Positions 48,534 through 60,271 are shown, numbered from the stretch's first letter. The stretch: 64,000 nt of DNA from Mobula hypostoma (GCF_963921235.1 NC_086097.1:66962001-67026000); one strand, 5' to 3'. Translations and numbers: made by a program. Notes: generated by a model from the sequence alone, not told the origin.

Positions 48534-49606
48534 CTTTCTTTCTTTCTTTTTAAATCTTTTTATTGAGTAAGTATACAAAAAAGGTAAGCCATATAAACAT
48601 TAATACAATGTTAAAGTATAATAAAATTCCAAAAGATAACAATACCAAAAAGAAAATACTACAAACAATGTAATTTAAGCATAAGAAACCAAGATAACAT
48701 AATAGTATACTAGATTTTATATATATCAATGGAAAAAAAAAGAAAAAAAAAACCCCCAAAAAAAAAACCCACCGTGCAACTAACTAAAAGCAAAGCAAAG
48801 CAATGGGCTAACTTGAAACCAAACAGAGTTAAACTTAAAATCACGTCCTCAATCCCGACCTCCATTAAAACAGTGAAGAAAAAACAAGAAGGGTAAATAT
48901 TACATTAAATGAAAATATCGAATAAAAGGTCCCCAAATCTGTTCAAATTTAAATGAAGAATCATAAAGGTTACTTCTAATTTTCTCCAGATTCAAACATA
49001 AAATCGTCTGAGAAAACCAAAAAAAGGTAGTTGGAGCATTAAGCTCTTTCCAATGTTGTAAAATACATCTTTTCGCCATTAAAGTAAGAAATGCAATCAT
49101 TCTACGGGCTGAAGGGGAAAGATTACTAGAAATTTTAGGTAGTCCAAAGATAGCAGTAATAGGGTGAGGAGAGATATCTATATTTAATACCTTAGAAATA
49201 ATATTGAAAATATCTCTCCAAAAAGTTTCCAAAGTAGGGCAAGACCAAAACATATGAGTTAAAGAGGCTATCTGCCCCGAACATCTATCACAGAAAGGAT
49301 TAATATGCGAGTAAAAACGCGCTAACTTATCTTTGGACATATGTGCTCTATGAACCACTTTAAATTGAATTAGGGAATGTTTAGCACAAATAGAGGAAGT
49401 ATTAACTAATTGTAAAATCTGCCCCCAATCATCCACAGAAATGGTAAGCCCCAATTCCTGTTCCCAATCTACCCTAATCTTATCAAATGGAGCTTTCCTA
49501 AGTTTCATAATAATATTATAAATCATAGCCGATGCACCTTTCTGACATGGATTAAGGTTAATTATCGAATCTAAAATATATATAGGAGGAAGCATTGGAA
49601 AGGAAG
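48534..49606 (-). mobile_element. 5'-truncated L1-clade LINE inserted in CR1
   Basis: 15-bp TSD AAAATGGATGCATTT at 48519-48533 and 49607-49621; ORF2 C-terminus CDRC...HMFWSCP open for 239 codons; AATAAA plus A-rich tail. Confidence 0.92.
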
Positions 49607-49836
49607 AAAATGGATGCATTTAAGAAACTCTCCACCTCTTACTCTCTTTTTATCCTTAATGGAGCAAACAACTTTGTTATCTTTTTCTTCCTTGTCCCCT
49701 ACATCTTTGGTCTGAGTGCTCCTGATCTCTGTCTCCTGCCTATCCTCCCTCACACATTGTCTACTAGCTTTCTCTATTTGTGAACTAACCTCCTCTCTCC
49801 TAGTCTCTTTAATTTGATTCCCACCCCCCAACCATT

Positions 49837-50772
49837 CTAGTTTAAAGTCACCTCAGTAGCCCTCGCAAATCTACCCGCCAGGATATTGGTCCCCCTAGGA
49901 TTCAAGTGTAACCCGTCCTTTTTGTACAGGTCATACCTGCGCCAAAAGAGGTCCCAGTGATCCAAAAACTTGAATCCCTGCCCCCTGCTCCAATCCCTCA
50001 GCCACGCATTTATCCTCCACCTCATTGCATTCCTACTCTCACTGTCGCGTAGCACAGGCAGTAATCCCGAGATTACTACCTTTGCGGTCCTTTTTCTCAA
50101 CTCCCTTCCTAACTCCCTATATTCTCCTTTCAAGACCTCTCCCCTTTTCCTACCTAAGTCATTGGTACCTATATGTACCACGACCTCTGGCTCCTCTCCC
50201 TCCCACTTCAGGATATCTTGAACACGATCAGAAATATCCCGGACCCTGGCACCAGGGAGGCAAACTACCATCTGGGTCTCTGGACTGCTTACACAGAATC
50301 GCCTATCTGACCCCCTTACTATCGAGTCCCCTATTACTACTGCCCTCCTCTTCCTTTCCCTATCCTTCTGAGCTACAGGGCCGGACTCTGTGCCAGAGGC
50401 ACAGCCGCTGTTGCTTCCCCCAGGTAAGCTGTCCCCCCCAACAGTACTCAAACAGGAGTACCTATTGTCAAGGGGCACAGCCACCGGGGTACTCTCTATT
50501 ACCTGACTCTTCCCCTTCCCCCTCCTAGCCGTGACCCACTTGTCTGCCTCCTGTGGCCCCAGTGTGACCACCTGCCTGTAACTCCTCTCCATCAACTCCT
50601 CACTCTCCCTGACAAGACGAAGGTCATCGAGCTGCAGCTCCAGTTTCCTAACGCAGTCTCTTAGGAGCTGCATCTCGGCGCACCTGGTGCAGATGTGGAC
50701 GTCCGGAAGACTTGGAGACTCCACGACCTCCCACATCTGGCACCGAGAACAACAAGCTGCCCTCACACTCAT
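49837..50772 (-). CDS. CR1 ORF1 protein (zinc finger/leucine zipper plus SGNH esterase), uninterrupted, 311 aa from the first ATG
   Basis: CCSRCQMW...ICTRC zinc finger; VVIGDSIVRG, CLPGARV, VVHIGTND and DGLHLN SGNH motifs. Confidence 0.9.
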   Translation of the reverse strand: MSVRAACCSRCQMWEVVESPSLPDVHICTRCAEMQLLRDCVRKLELQLDDLRLVRESEELMERSYRQVVTLGPQEADKWVTARRGKGKSQVIESTPVAVPLDNRYSCLSTVGGDSLPGGSNSGCASGTESGPVAQKDRERKRRAVVIGDSIVRGSDRRFCVSSPETQMVVCLPGARVRDISDRVQDILKWEGEEPEVVVHIGTNDLGRKRGEVLKGEYRELGRELRKRTAKVVISGLLPVLRDSESRNAMRWRINAWLRDWSRGQGFKFLDHWDLFWRRYDLYKKDGLHLNPRGTNILAGRFARATEVTLN

Positions 50773-50900
50773 ACTTCCCCTCTCCTCAAATAACAACAAA
50801 AAATGAATAACCAAACCTCCTTCACCTCGCCCGTTTCCGCCTGAGCCTGTTGAGCTGAAGCCCTTAAGCCTTCACTCTGCTCCCGGCTCAATCTGCAGCC

Positions 50901-51154
50901 TGCCTCTCTGAACGCTGATGGAAAAAAACCCAGAAAATCCAAAAATGGCTTCCCCCGCACTCCCACTCCGATTCTCAGACTTCCTTCTCTGAATTACACC
51001 CGAATCAGGATTTCTGTCCTTTTAAATCTTCCACGCTTTACTGCCCGATGTCACACGCCTGCGCAGTCCCGCCTCTCTGAACGCCGATTGGGGGGGGAGG
51101 GGGATTCAAAACTGGCTTCCTCCGCACTCCCGCTCTGATTCTCAGACTTCCTTC
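50901..51154. repeat. direct repeat in the CR1 5' region
   Basis: GCCTCTCTGAACGC...TGGCTTCC...CGCACTCCC...GATTCTCAGACTTCCTTCT at ~50902-50987 and ~51071-51154. Confidence 0.8.
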
Positions 51155-51534
51155 TAGGGTGTAAGTGGCAACATAATCATTTTTGAAATTGCACGTGGTT
51201 TTTGTGTCCAGAAGGGTGGTTGGAAGATAAAATGCTGTTTATCAAGTTATATGTTGTGTCAACATGGCAGGCTGAGGACTTAAGTCAGTATGGAAGTGGA
51301 ACGGGGAAGTTGATCAACATTTAGGTCATATTTCCTGATGCACTGAAAGCATTCTCCAAAATGCTGCTTTCCAGTTTAAAGAAAACCACGTTATATATGG
51401 TGAAATTTGTATTAATGTGTGAGATATGGATAAGTTTGTGTTGTACTTGAAAAGGGTGTGGGAATCTGGGTGGTGAAAAGAAGGAAAATAACTAAGTATA
51501 TTGAAATACTGACTAACCTACTTTCATTCTCTAG

Positions 51535-51640
51535 TCACGGTCTGATAGTGCTACTGATGGGGAGGATGCATCGAGGCACAAAACCAAACCTGCACAAGAA
51601 ATTGAAAAGTTGCACAGGCAAAAAGAAATGAGAGCACTAG
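51535..51640 (+). CDS. BAZ1A: BAZ1A coding exon 7
   Basis: Branch-like GACTAAC plus TTCTCTAG|; SRSDSATDGEDASRHKTKPAQEIEKLHRQKEMRAL; 106 nt, phase 0-1, bridging the flanking exons; donor G|GTAAAC. Confidence 0.85.
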
Positions 51641-52298
51641 GTAAACCATGTTTCGTTTTCCATCCTGAAGAGCAGTCAATGACGGTCAATTTCCAAGCTT
51701 CCTTTTATTGCCAGATTGTAAAAGGAAAGGGGATTATTTGTGTAGTTTTTGGGTTCCATTTTCATTTTCCCGCCTTAATGCAGTTGCTACATGCTTGAAA
51801 TTCAAATATAGGTAATCATGGTTGATGGATGTGGGGCTTGAATGTTAATCTGAGTGCATCATTTGAAAAGCGTATAGAATTGGAAATTATAATGGTATAC
51901 AAGAGAAGGTGTTGCAGTTTATTTGCTGGCAATGTTGCACCTGCTAACAGTGAGACAGAAGAGACAAAATATAGATCAATTAAAGAAAACAGCATTGTTT
52001 CATGTGATAATGCTTTTGAACAATTGAAATGTTTGGTAAGCTTGTCATGGACAATAGTGCCCAGAAACATTGGAAAGGTGGTTTCAGAAAGTTAGTTTGT
52101 TGTATTTGGGATCTTTTGAGAACTTAAAAGGGTCAGAATCTGCTAAGTAGCTTCAGTGAGGGGTTAAAAACAATCTGGAAAATAAAAATTGGTGCATTCC
52201 ATAAATAGTCAAGATTATTGCCAAAGTTATGTTTTTGTTAACTTGCATTTTCAGAATACTTTCCAGCTTGATTAATTAATTTCTTATTCCTCTGAAAG

Positions 52299-52480
52299 CC
52301 AAAAGGAGGAAAGAGGAGGAACTAGCAAATGAGTTAAAGAAAAGAAAGGAGATTTTGGAAGCTAAAAAGAAAGAAAAAGAGGACAAAGAAAAGAAAAAAG
52401 AAGAATTAAAGAAAATATTAGAACAAGAGAAAATGAAAAGGAAAGAAGAAAAGGAACGCTTAAAATTGGAGAAAGAGAAG
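52299..52480 (+). CDS. BAZ1A: BAZ1A coding exon 8 (K/E-rich coiled coil)
   Basis: AAG| acceptor; ...EAKKKEKEDKEKKKEELKKILEQEKMKRKEEKERLKLEKEK; 182 nt, phase 1-0; donor AAG|GTAATG. Confidence 0.92.
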
Positions 52481-52863
52481 GTAATGAATAATAGTTTGAC
52501 TCAATTAAAATCCAGACTAGTTTTCAATATAGTGTATTCATTGCTTATAACTTGATTTATTTTCAGTTGAATGATACATGCTGTTATTGCAAAACTGCAC
52601 ATGGTTTTATCACCTATATCTTAACTATTTTTAAACTGCCTATTCTTTCTTTTTCCCTTGTCTTCCCACCTACATGTCACTCAGCTGATTCCTTTGTATC
52701 ATCAGAGGAAATTGAAACCTGAAGTTTCTTAATTTACCTTAACTATCTTGATTTTGGCTTCTGTTTCACCAGAGATGTTGCCATTAAAATTAATTTCCAC
52801 TTATGTAATTATTGAAGACTGATTTTAGGTGTGCATAATTAAAATTTAGTCTCCTTAAAACAG

Positions 52864-52959
52864 GAAAGAGAGAAACTACGAGAAGAAAAGAAAAAGTATG
52901 CTGAATATCTTAAAGAATGGAATAAACCCCGAGAAGATATGGAATGTGAGGACTTAAAG
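52864..52959 (+). CDS. BAZ1A: BAZ1A coding exon 9
   Basis: CAG|; EREKLREEKKKYAEYLKEWNKPREDMECEDLK; 96 nt; donor AAG|GTAGCT. Confidence 0.96.
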
Positions 52960-53415
52960 GTAGCTGTGCAGTTTTTAAAGTTTATGTACTTTCTATGAAG
53001 AACTTCTTGAAATCCATGTGTGTTATTAACAGCCATTTAGAAAATGCAATAATAATGGATGTAATTCTTGAGTCCTTCCACAAGATGGTGGTATACTTTT
53101 ACTTCTGCCACTTCAAATGCTGTTTCTTCTGACTAATCGTGAGCCATGCCATTAGAAATTGTCGTAACAGTTTTGGCACATAATGTTCAACTGCGTCGTT
53201 TTCTTCCTGTGTTATGATTTTCTCAGGTCTATCTTTTAAATTACATCTGGTAATAACATTTGCAAAAATTGCTGTCAAAACCATAGCCATAATTGATTCT
53301 TCCTTTTTATACGGCCATTTTTATTTATTTTCTCTACGGTTCATTATTGCCCTCCTCTTGAAAGTATTGCTTTTTCAATGGCCGTGGGCAGAGCAAGCAA
53401 AACATTTTTTAATGC

Positions 53416-54038
53416 CAGCCATTCCACCTCTCCCGGAAGTTCTGGGAGTCTCCCGCATGTTGATGGCAGCTCCCTGACGCCTTCAAATTACATACAATGT
53501 CCCAGAAATCGATTTTTGTTTTTTTTTAAGAGGAAGAGTGAGATCGAGCATCCTGATTGGTCTCTCTTCGTGCTAAAGTAGACCTATCAATTTCCTGTGG
53601 GCGAGCTTTACAGTCAACCTCAAAAAATAATGACAGTGTTGCTCACTGCACCGTTTGCAACAGTGACTTTTCTATTGCTCATGGTGGGTTTAAATGTAAA
53701 AGACATGTTGAGGTGAGTTTAACAGGTGTCATTCATTCATTAGCATAGCTGACGTTATTTAAACTAGCTGGCTAGCTGCTGAGGAGCTACTCTTGATGTC
53801 CTACGTGATGAGGTCAAACTCCCTGTAGACTTGCTTAAAGTTGTAATAGAATTTTAAAAAAAAACGACTCCATGATAATATAAGTACATATTTTAATGTC
53901 ACATTTTCTGCATATACCCAACTTTGTTTACAGATTAGACAAAAATCACTAAACAAAGTATTACATTCACCCTTGGAGGTCGACTGGGGGGGGGGGGGTG
54001 CTATCTCCCTGAAATGAGTTTTTGCGGGGTAGGATGTC
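53416..54038. mobile_element. hAT-like non-autonomous element
   Basis: Termini CAGCCATTCCACC / GGTAGGATGTC; imperfect TSD TTTAATGC/TATAATGC; zinc-finger remnant AHCTVCNSDFSIAHGG...CKRH. Confidence 0.7.
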
Positions 54039-55206
54039 TATAATGCGTCCATAATTGCAATTGATAAATTGATCTAATTGCTTGAATCTTTTAAGTACAA
54101 AGTTCAAGGATTTCAACCAAAGATACAGTAATCAGTGATTAGCAACAATACAGGGTTTTGTGCGAATTGAAGGGGTCTCCTAAAGTGGTTGTATTTCCAT
54201 GGACCCGTTGATCTTGTCCTTGTCCTGTGCTGAGATTTGGCGATTTGTTTCAGTGCACTTCGTGGGTAATATAAAGGTTGAATGAGTAGAATTGGCTGAG
54301 GGTAAGGGGACGAAGAAGCATTGGTTGGGTATGAAATGCAAGACTGATGTATCAAGAATAGGCCTATCAACGTAGTGGTTTGTGATTGTGTTAGATGGAT
54401 GTACTGAAGAGAGTTAAATGGAATGGATCTGCAAACTGGGAACCTAGAGTAATGGGCATATGACTCAATGAGGCAATAATGAGAAGAAGCCAGTTGAATT
54501 TTAAACTGCAGTTTCCCCACTCTAGATGCTCAGAGATTGGTTCTGTATCATGACATCTCTCAAGGAAAGGAGACCAGAAGGGTACAGAAGAGAAACTGGA
54601 TAAAGATCAATTTGCTGTACAAAGATGGTATAACTAAGAGACCATGTGCTTTGATTTAACTAGAAGCAGTTGCACAGGAAATCCACATGGAATATGCTGC
54701 GCGTGCATGTCACAGCAAACACTTAAATTAGTTAGCATCTGGATTAGAAAATGGCACTCTCTCCTGCATCTGTGAGCACTCCAATAATGTACTATACATT
54801 ATCTCAGTACCTCTGTCGTTACTAATTTTCTGTTTGCGTTATCTAATTTATGTGCAACTATCTGAAGGTCCAGTGATAATATATTGGCTGGTTGTATAAG
54901 AAATCTAAAATGCCTGACTTCAAGAATCACAAAACTGCTGCTGACTGTCTTGGGCTGATGTTTTTCATATTGTCAATTCACAATGTTTAATGTTAATGTA
55001 TGATCCTAAATTCTGAGCTGTAGGTGCTAAAAATGCTAAGGAGTGTTTTAAATTGATATGTGATTAGATAACCATCTGATCTGATTACTTGCACATGCAC
55101 TAAGAACTCTTACTTTGATAAATAAGTTCGCAATATTAAAATAATTTGTAATTGTTTTTGAATAAATATTGCATAATGTCCATTGCCAATATTTTTTAAT
55201 CCATAG

Positions 55207-55345
55207 GAGCTTCCTTCTCCAACACCTGTGAAGACCAGATTACCATCAGAACTGTTTGGTGATGCATTGATGGTTCTAGAGTTTTTGCATGCATTTGGAG
55301 AGCTATTTGACCTCCAGGATGAGTTTCCAGATGGTGTGAGTCTAG
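55207..55345 (+). CDS. BAZ1A: BAZ1A coding exon 10 (DDT domain)
   Basis: CCATAG|; ELPSPTPVKTRLPSELFGDALMVLEFLHAFGELFDLQDEFPDGVSL; 139 nt; donor G|GTAATT. Confidence 0.97.
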
Positions 55346-56509
55346 GTAATTATTTTGAATTGTAAAACTAGATGTTTGTGCAAGTAAAATAATGATTAGT
55401 GAATTCAAGTATAGATAAATTTACATTGGGACCCGGGATATGCTACTGACACTCTTGCTATCTTTAATAGACTTCATGACAGAGTATTACTTACACTGTT
55501 GTTTCCATGTTATTGTTAGATGGAGAATTCTAAAATACAAGTTTAGTGATGTCATTATCATAAGTCCAAGAAGCTGGACTTCCACAAGATCTTGAGTATG
55601 TAGTGTGTTGCTGCAAATAGTGTACTTTTTAAAAAAAAAGTCGAGGCGAGTTGCTCATCATAATACCTGAACTTCTTCCCTAGCTCTTGCACTCAACAAT
55701 AATATAATAACATCTTGAAGATTTCTTTTATTAACCATCATTGTACCTATTTATGATCTGTATGTCATCCCATACTAAACAAATATTACTGTTGGTCATG
55801 AACCAAAGAATGTCATGCCTGCCTTTCTATCTATTTTGGGTCTTGTTCTACCTACAACTAGAGAAATGCTACCAAATAGTCTCTAAATATGCCAGATGCA
55901 AAGGCAACTTAACAGTGTCCTGTCCCAGACAAAATCCCTAGCTTTGAGAATCTAATCACACTTAGTTCAATCTATTGATACGGAAATATACTTTGCTTGC
56001 CCGGAATTAGATTCCTGAAATGGAGATACAAGTGATCTTCTCAGAGCCACCTTGAAATCCAATATTCCCACTCATTCCTGTAGATCTGATTCATTTCTAC
56101 TCAGGAGTGGAGAACTAGTATTTTGGATGGTACTGAACATGAAAGAAGGAGCACGTCTCTTGCAAAACTGCCTGATCACTGCTTCCATCAGACTAGGGCC
56201 TGTTGTGTAGAAGAATTTGCGGTTTCACATTGGCTTTCCCAGTAACCTCGGGACCACAAAAATGCACAAAGGCAAGTTTCCCACTTTCTCAAGGGAGCAC
56301 TTAAGACGATGGAGGACTTTAAATTGGAACTGAGGCAGCTTAATAGGTGGCAACAAATGTATTTTATTGCTCTCATTTAAAAGACTATAACTTAAAATGA
56401 AACTGATCTGCAGGTGTTAATTGCCTAATTGTTTGAAGTAAACCAGAATTTTTCTACTATTTTAGATGTGCAATAATATTCTCAGAATATTTAAGATTTT
56501 AAAATTTAT

Positions 56510-57585
56510 TGTTGAGAAATTGCTACCTTCCCAACCTCGTACCCTACTGATATCATTGATAAAATTTTAGGTTTAAATCCCTTTCAGAAGGGAATAATTT
56601 ATGATATAATTATGAAATTACAGCGAGGTATATCTGATAAAATTAAAAATGAATAGGAAAGGGAACTTCAACTTTCCCTACCTATAGAGAAATGGGATAA
56701 AAATTTTCAATTAGTTCTTCCTCTATATGTGCTAAACATACACTAATACAATTTAAAGTAGTGCATAGGGCCCATATGTCTGAAGAAAAATTAGCCCATT
56801 TTTATTCCCATATAAACCCTATTTGTGACGGATGTCACTCTGAGGTGGCTTCTTTAACTCGTATGTTTTGGTCCTGTCCTCTTTTGTAAAAATTCTGGAA
56901 AGATATTTTTGATATTACTCAACAGTTTTGCATTTTGATTTACAACCCCATCCTATTACGGCAATTTTTGGCTTGCCAAGGGCAGAACATAGATTTTTAT
57001 CCTCTTCAGCCTGTCGGATGATTGCATTTGATACTTTAATGGCCAGAAGATCCATTTTATTTAACTGGAAGGAGACCAATCCTCCTACTACATTTCAATG
57101 GTTTTCCCAAACTATATTATGTTTAAATCTAGAAAAAATCAGAAGTGACATTTTTGATCCTTCAGTTAAATTTGAAGAGACTTGGAAACCATTTATTCAA
57201 CATTTTCATATGATGTAATTTCACCTTTCCGAATCCTTCTTATTAACTTAAAATATATGAATAGAGGAGCAGAGTTGGCAACATTACTGAACGTGTTCGA
57301 TTTAAGATAATGGTCTAGCCTTGTTTTGTTCCGTTTGCTTTTCTTTTGGGTTTAGTGTTTAGTTTTTTTGGGGGGGGGCGGTTCTTTGTATTTTTTCTTT
57401 TTATTTCTTTTTTCTCTATGATTAATTATATCAAGAGTTTGGAAGTTCAAATAATACTGGTATTATTTGAAATCTTTTTTTGTACATGCTTATCAACAAT
57501 AAGATTATTCCAATCTCTCTGTATCAACATTGTTATACTGTTTATAATTTTGGAAAATTAATAAAAAAATGTAAAAAGAGAAATT
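56510..57585 (+). mobile_element. 5'-truncated L1-clade LINE (related to 48534-49606, more decayed)
   Basis: PHPITAIFGLP...QTILCLNLEKIRS; AATAAA and A-rich tail ending ~35 nt before the exon 11 acceptor. Confidence 0.88.
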
Positions 57586-57620
57586 GCTGATCTGATGGAA
57601 TGATTCTGATTAATTCACAG

Positions 57621-57767
57621 AAAGTCTAGAGGAAGCACTTGTTGGAAATGACACGGAAGGGCCACTCTGTGAATTGCTATTTTTTTTCCTAACTGCAATC
57701 TTCCAGGCACATGCAGAGGAAGAGGAAGAAGTAGCCAAAGAACAATTAAAGGAACCAGATCCAAAAG
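57621..57767 (+). CDS. BAZ1A: BAZ1A coding exon 11 (DDT domain)
   Basis: TTCACAG|; SLEEALVGNDTEGPLCELLFFFLTAIFQAHAEEEEEVAKEQLKEPDPK; 147 nt; donor G|GTTAGA. Confidence 0.96.
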
Positions 57768-58848
57768 GTTAGAGATTGGTTTGAAGATATAGATTAGTGG
57801 TGTAATCAGCAAGTTATACTTGTTATTGCTAAACTTCCTGAATAAGTTAAGACAAAATCTCTTGACCTATATCTTACTAACATACAAGCTGGTGATTTTA
57901 AACAAGAAATACATTCCAGGGAATACTAAGATTGAAATGTATATAGGAATGATGAGTTTTTTTTTACTTTAACTTGCAATCTACTTGGCTTTTTTTCTTT
58001 TGCACTGTTAAAACCTAATTAGCATTGTTTTATAATATCACCCTGTAATTCAGTTTATAGCTGTCAAATACTGTATAAACAGTTGATCAATTGCATTTGT
58101 GCATTAACAATGTGCATCACAAGGGAGGGATAAAAGGTAGATAACTAATTTTGTTTATTTGTTGTCATGACTGATTTAGTTGTAATTTTTTATGGAAACT
58201 GGAAGTTGATGCTTTTTCCTGTAGTTATAATAAACCCCTGAGCTGAACCTAAAAAGGTTCAACCCATAATCATTTTTCTTCTGAAGTGTTTCTTCACAAG
58301 CTCAGAAATATGCACATTAGATGCAGCTTTAATAAAATATGAAATGTGTGTTTTTATTCTTAATGAATTATGTTATGAAGGTACAGAAAATGTGTTGTAG
58401 GTGTGGAAAGTATAAAATTAAAGTCACCAAAAGCACAAGAAGCCCTTGGTCAAATTACACATTTCTAGTGTAATCCACTGGCCGTGTAAAACTGAAAATT
58501 TACGAGTTGCAATGCTGCATGGAGGGTGGGGGACCTAAAATTGTTTAATAGCGAACGTTTCAGTAGTTTATTTTGGTGGCCGTGGCTGAATTAAATTCAA
58601 AGAAATGTGGTTATTATTTTTCCCAATACTGATTCCAATCCTGGTGCTTGGCAGATTCTATGTTTTTAATGGGGAAAGTGGACAGTATTGAAATACAATC
58701 TAACAAATACTTTGCAAAACTGAGCAGTCATTTTAGAGAGTTAATACTTTAAATGTGCTGCTTTTAATTGGAAGCTGTCCTTGAGGTATCTTTAATACAT
58801 TGTTTCTGTGTTTAACAACAAGCCTCTGACTTTTTATTCAATTCACAG

Positions 58849-58935
58849 ATGCTTTGGATGAAGATCTAGATTCCTCCAAATGTGCAGTCTCTGCCGTTGC
58901 AGCTTTTGCAGCTGCATGGCCCCAGCTCTACCAAG
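58849..58935 (+). CDS. BAZ1A: BAZ1A coding exon 12
   Basis: TTCACAG|; ALDEDLDSSKCAVSAVAAFAAAWPQLYQ; 87 nt, phase 1-1; weak donor G|GTCCTT. Confidence 0.92.
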
Positions 58936-59032
58936 GTCCTTTACTTATAATTGCAGTTTGAATTTTCATTGGGGGAAAACTTGCTTTACTAGCCTAATGA
59001 TCATTAAATGTTTACCTGCTTATTTGTTGAAG

Positions 59033-59257
59033 GCTGTTCATTGCGTAATTTGGATCTCGATAGCTGCACACTGTCTGAAATCCTCCGGCTTCACATCTTG
59101 GCAGCGGGGACAGACGTAACACCAGCAAATGCAAAGTATCGATACCAGCAGCAAGGTGGATTTGATGCTTCTGATGATGCCTGTGTTGAATTCAGAATGA
59201 ATAATCCAGAACTTCTGAAAAAACTAACGAATATCCCAGTGTATGATTTGACATCAG
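59033..59257 (+). CDS. BAZ1A: BAZ1A coding exon 13
   Basis: CSLRNLDLDSCTLSEILRLHILAAGTDVTPANAKYRYQQQGGFDASDDACVEFRMNNPELLKKLTNIPVYDLTS; 225 nt; donor G|GTAACG. Confidence 0.97.
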
Positions 59258-59582
59258 GTAACGATGTATACATTTTTTAAAAAAAACTTTTGCTCCTATA
59301 GCAGTTTAGTCATTATCAGTCCTCCTAAAGGAGAAAGTTTATTCAATGATTGCATGTTTTTTTAAAAAGATTTTTATAATAAACATTTGACTATTTTATT
59401 TTGACCACAAATCAAATGTTGGCAATTCAGTAAAAGTTTCAAAGAAACTGAAGTGTACAAATTGGACCACAACTTCTCAGTATGCATCATCACTGAAACA
59501 ATTAACAAGTAAAGAATAAATTAGTCTTGGCGCACGACTTGCTGCACATGCATTCATAATCCCTTTGCTTGCTTTTTGCCAG

Positions 59583-59748
59583 CGGAAAAACTGAAGGTAC
59601 TGCATGCTCTGTGTGGACAGCTACTAACTCTGGTTTCCACAAGGGACTTCATTGAAGATAATGTAGAGATTCTGAAACAGACTAGGCAAGAATTTAGAGA
59701 ACTAAAAGCTGAGCAGCACCGCAGAGGGCGAGAGGAAGCTGCAGCAAG
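59583..59748 (+). CDS. BAZ1A: BAZ1A coding exon 14 (WHIM1 region)
   Basis: TTTGCCAG|; EKLKVLHALCGQLLTLVSTRDFIEDNVEILKQTRQEFRELKAEQHRRGREEAAA; 166 nt; donor AG|GTATGG. Confidence 0.97.
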
Positions 59749-60081
59749 GTATGGACTGAGTAGACAATGATAATTTATCATAGAACTGTGCCTACAGATG
59801 TGTTGGAACGGTTGCAAGAACTTGGAAACTGGACTAACAGTTCTGTGCTATAGCCTTCAAGGATTTGGAGGGAATAGATATCAGTGGTCCACTTCAGGTA
59901 GAATATTTAAGAGCAGGCAGGGCAGATATTGAGGGGTCAATTAATGATCAATACTTTGTGTCACATGGCGTCATCAGTATATCAACGGTTAGGGTGGGAA
60001 TGCATTAAACTTAACGTCATTATTTGCAGGTTTCATTAAGACTATATGCCAAAGTGGGAAATGACATGGGAGCAACTGCAG

Positions 60082-60139
60082 TTTGGAACACTGCAGGAGA
60101 ACTTGACATATGGTTTAAGTTCTCCTGCAGTGTTTCAAA
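60082..60139. repeat. inverted repeat / hairpin
   Basis: AACACTGCAGGAGAACTT (60087-60104) is the perfect reverse complement of 60117-60134; 12-nt spacer. Confidence 0.9.
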
Positions 60140-60271
60140 AAGCATTGTATGGGGAATGAAATAATCCTATATGCATCTGACATGGGAATGGCATCGTGGC
60201 TACAACTATAATTGAAACCAAAATGTTCTTCTCAAATTTCTAGAATGATGCAGAAGGGCCTATAAATGATA

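Larger units (their letters stand above)
47167..51155 (-). mobile_element. near-5'-complete CR1 LINE, dismembered (5' UTR, ORF1, endonuclease, RT fragment)
   Basis: ORF1 at 49837-50772; APE endonuclease (FNARSI, GVYYRPP, VGDFN, SDH) at 47891-48533; RT (PQGSVLG, YADDTK) at 47167-47686; interrupted by an L1 and a DNA transposon end. Confidence 0.93.

Noticed and set aside
49837..50814. Host GDSL/SGNH lipase gene nested in BAZ1A
   Set aside because: Intronless and directly upstream of a CR1 endonuclease in the same orientation: standard CR1 ORF1.
58243..58263. Small hairpin TGAACCT-AAAA-AGGTTCA
   Set aside because: A 7-bp stem is within chance expectation for 64 kb.
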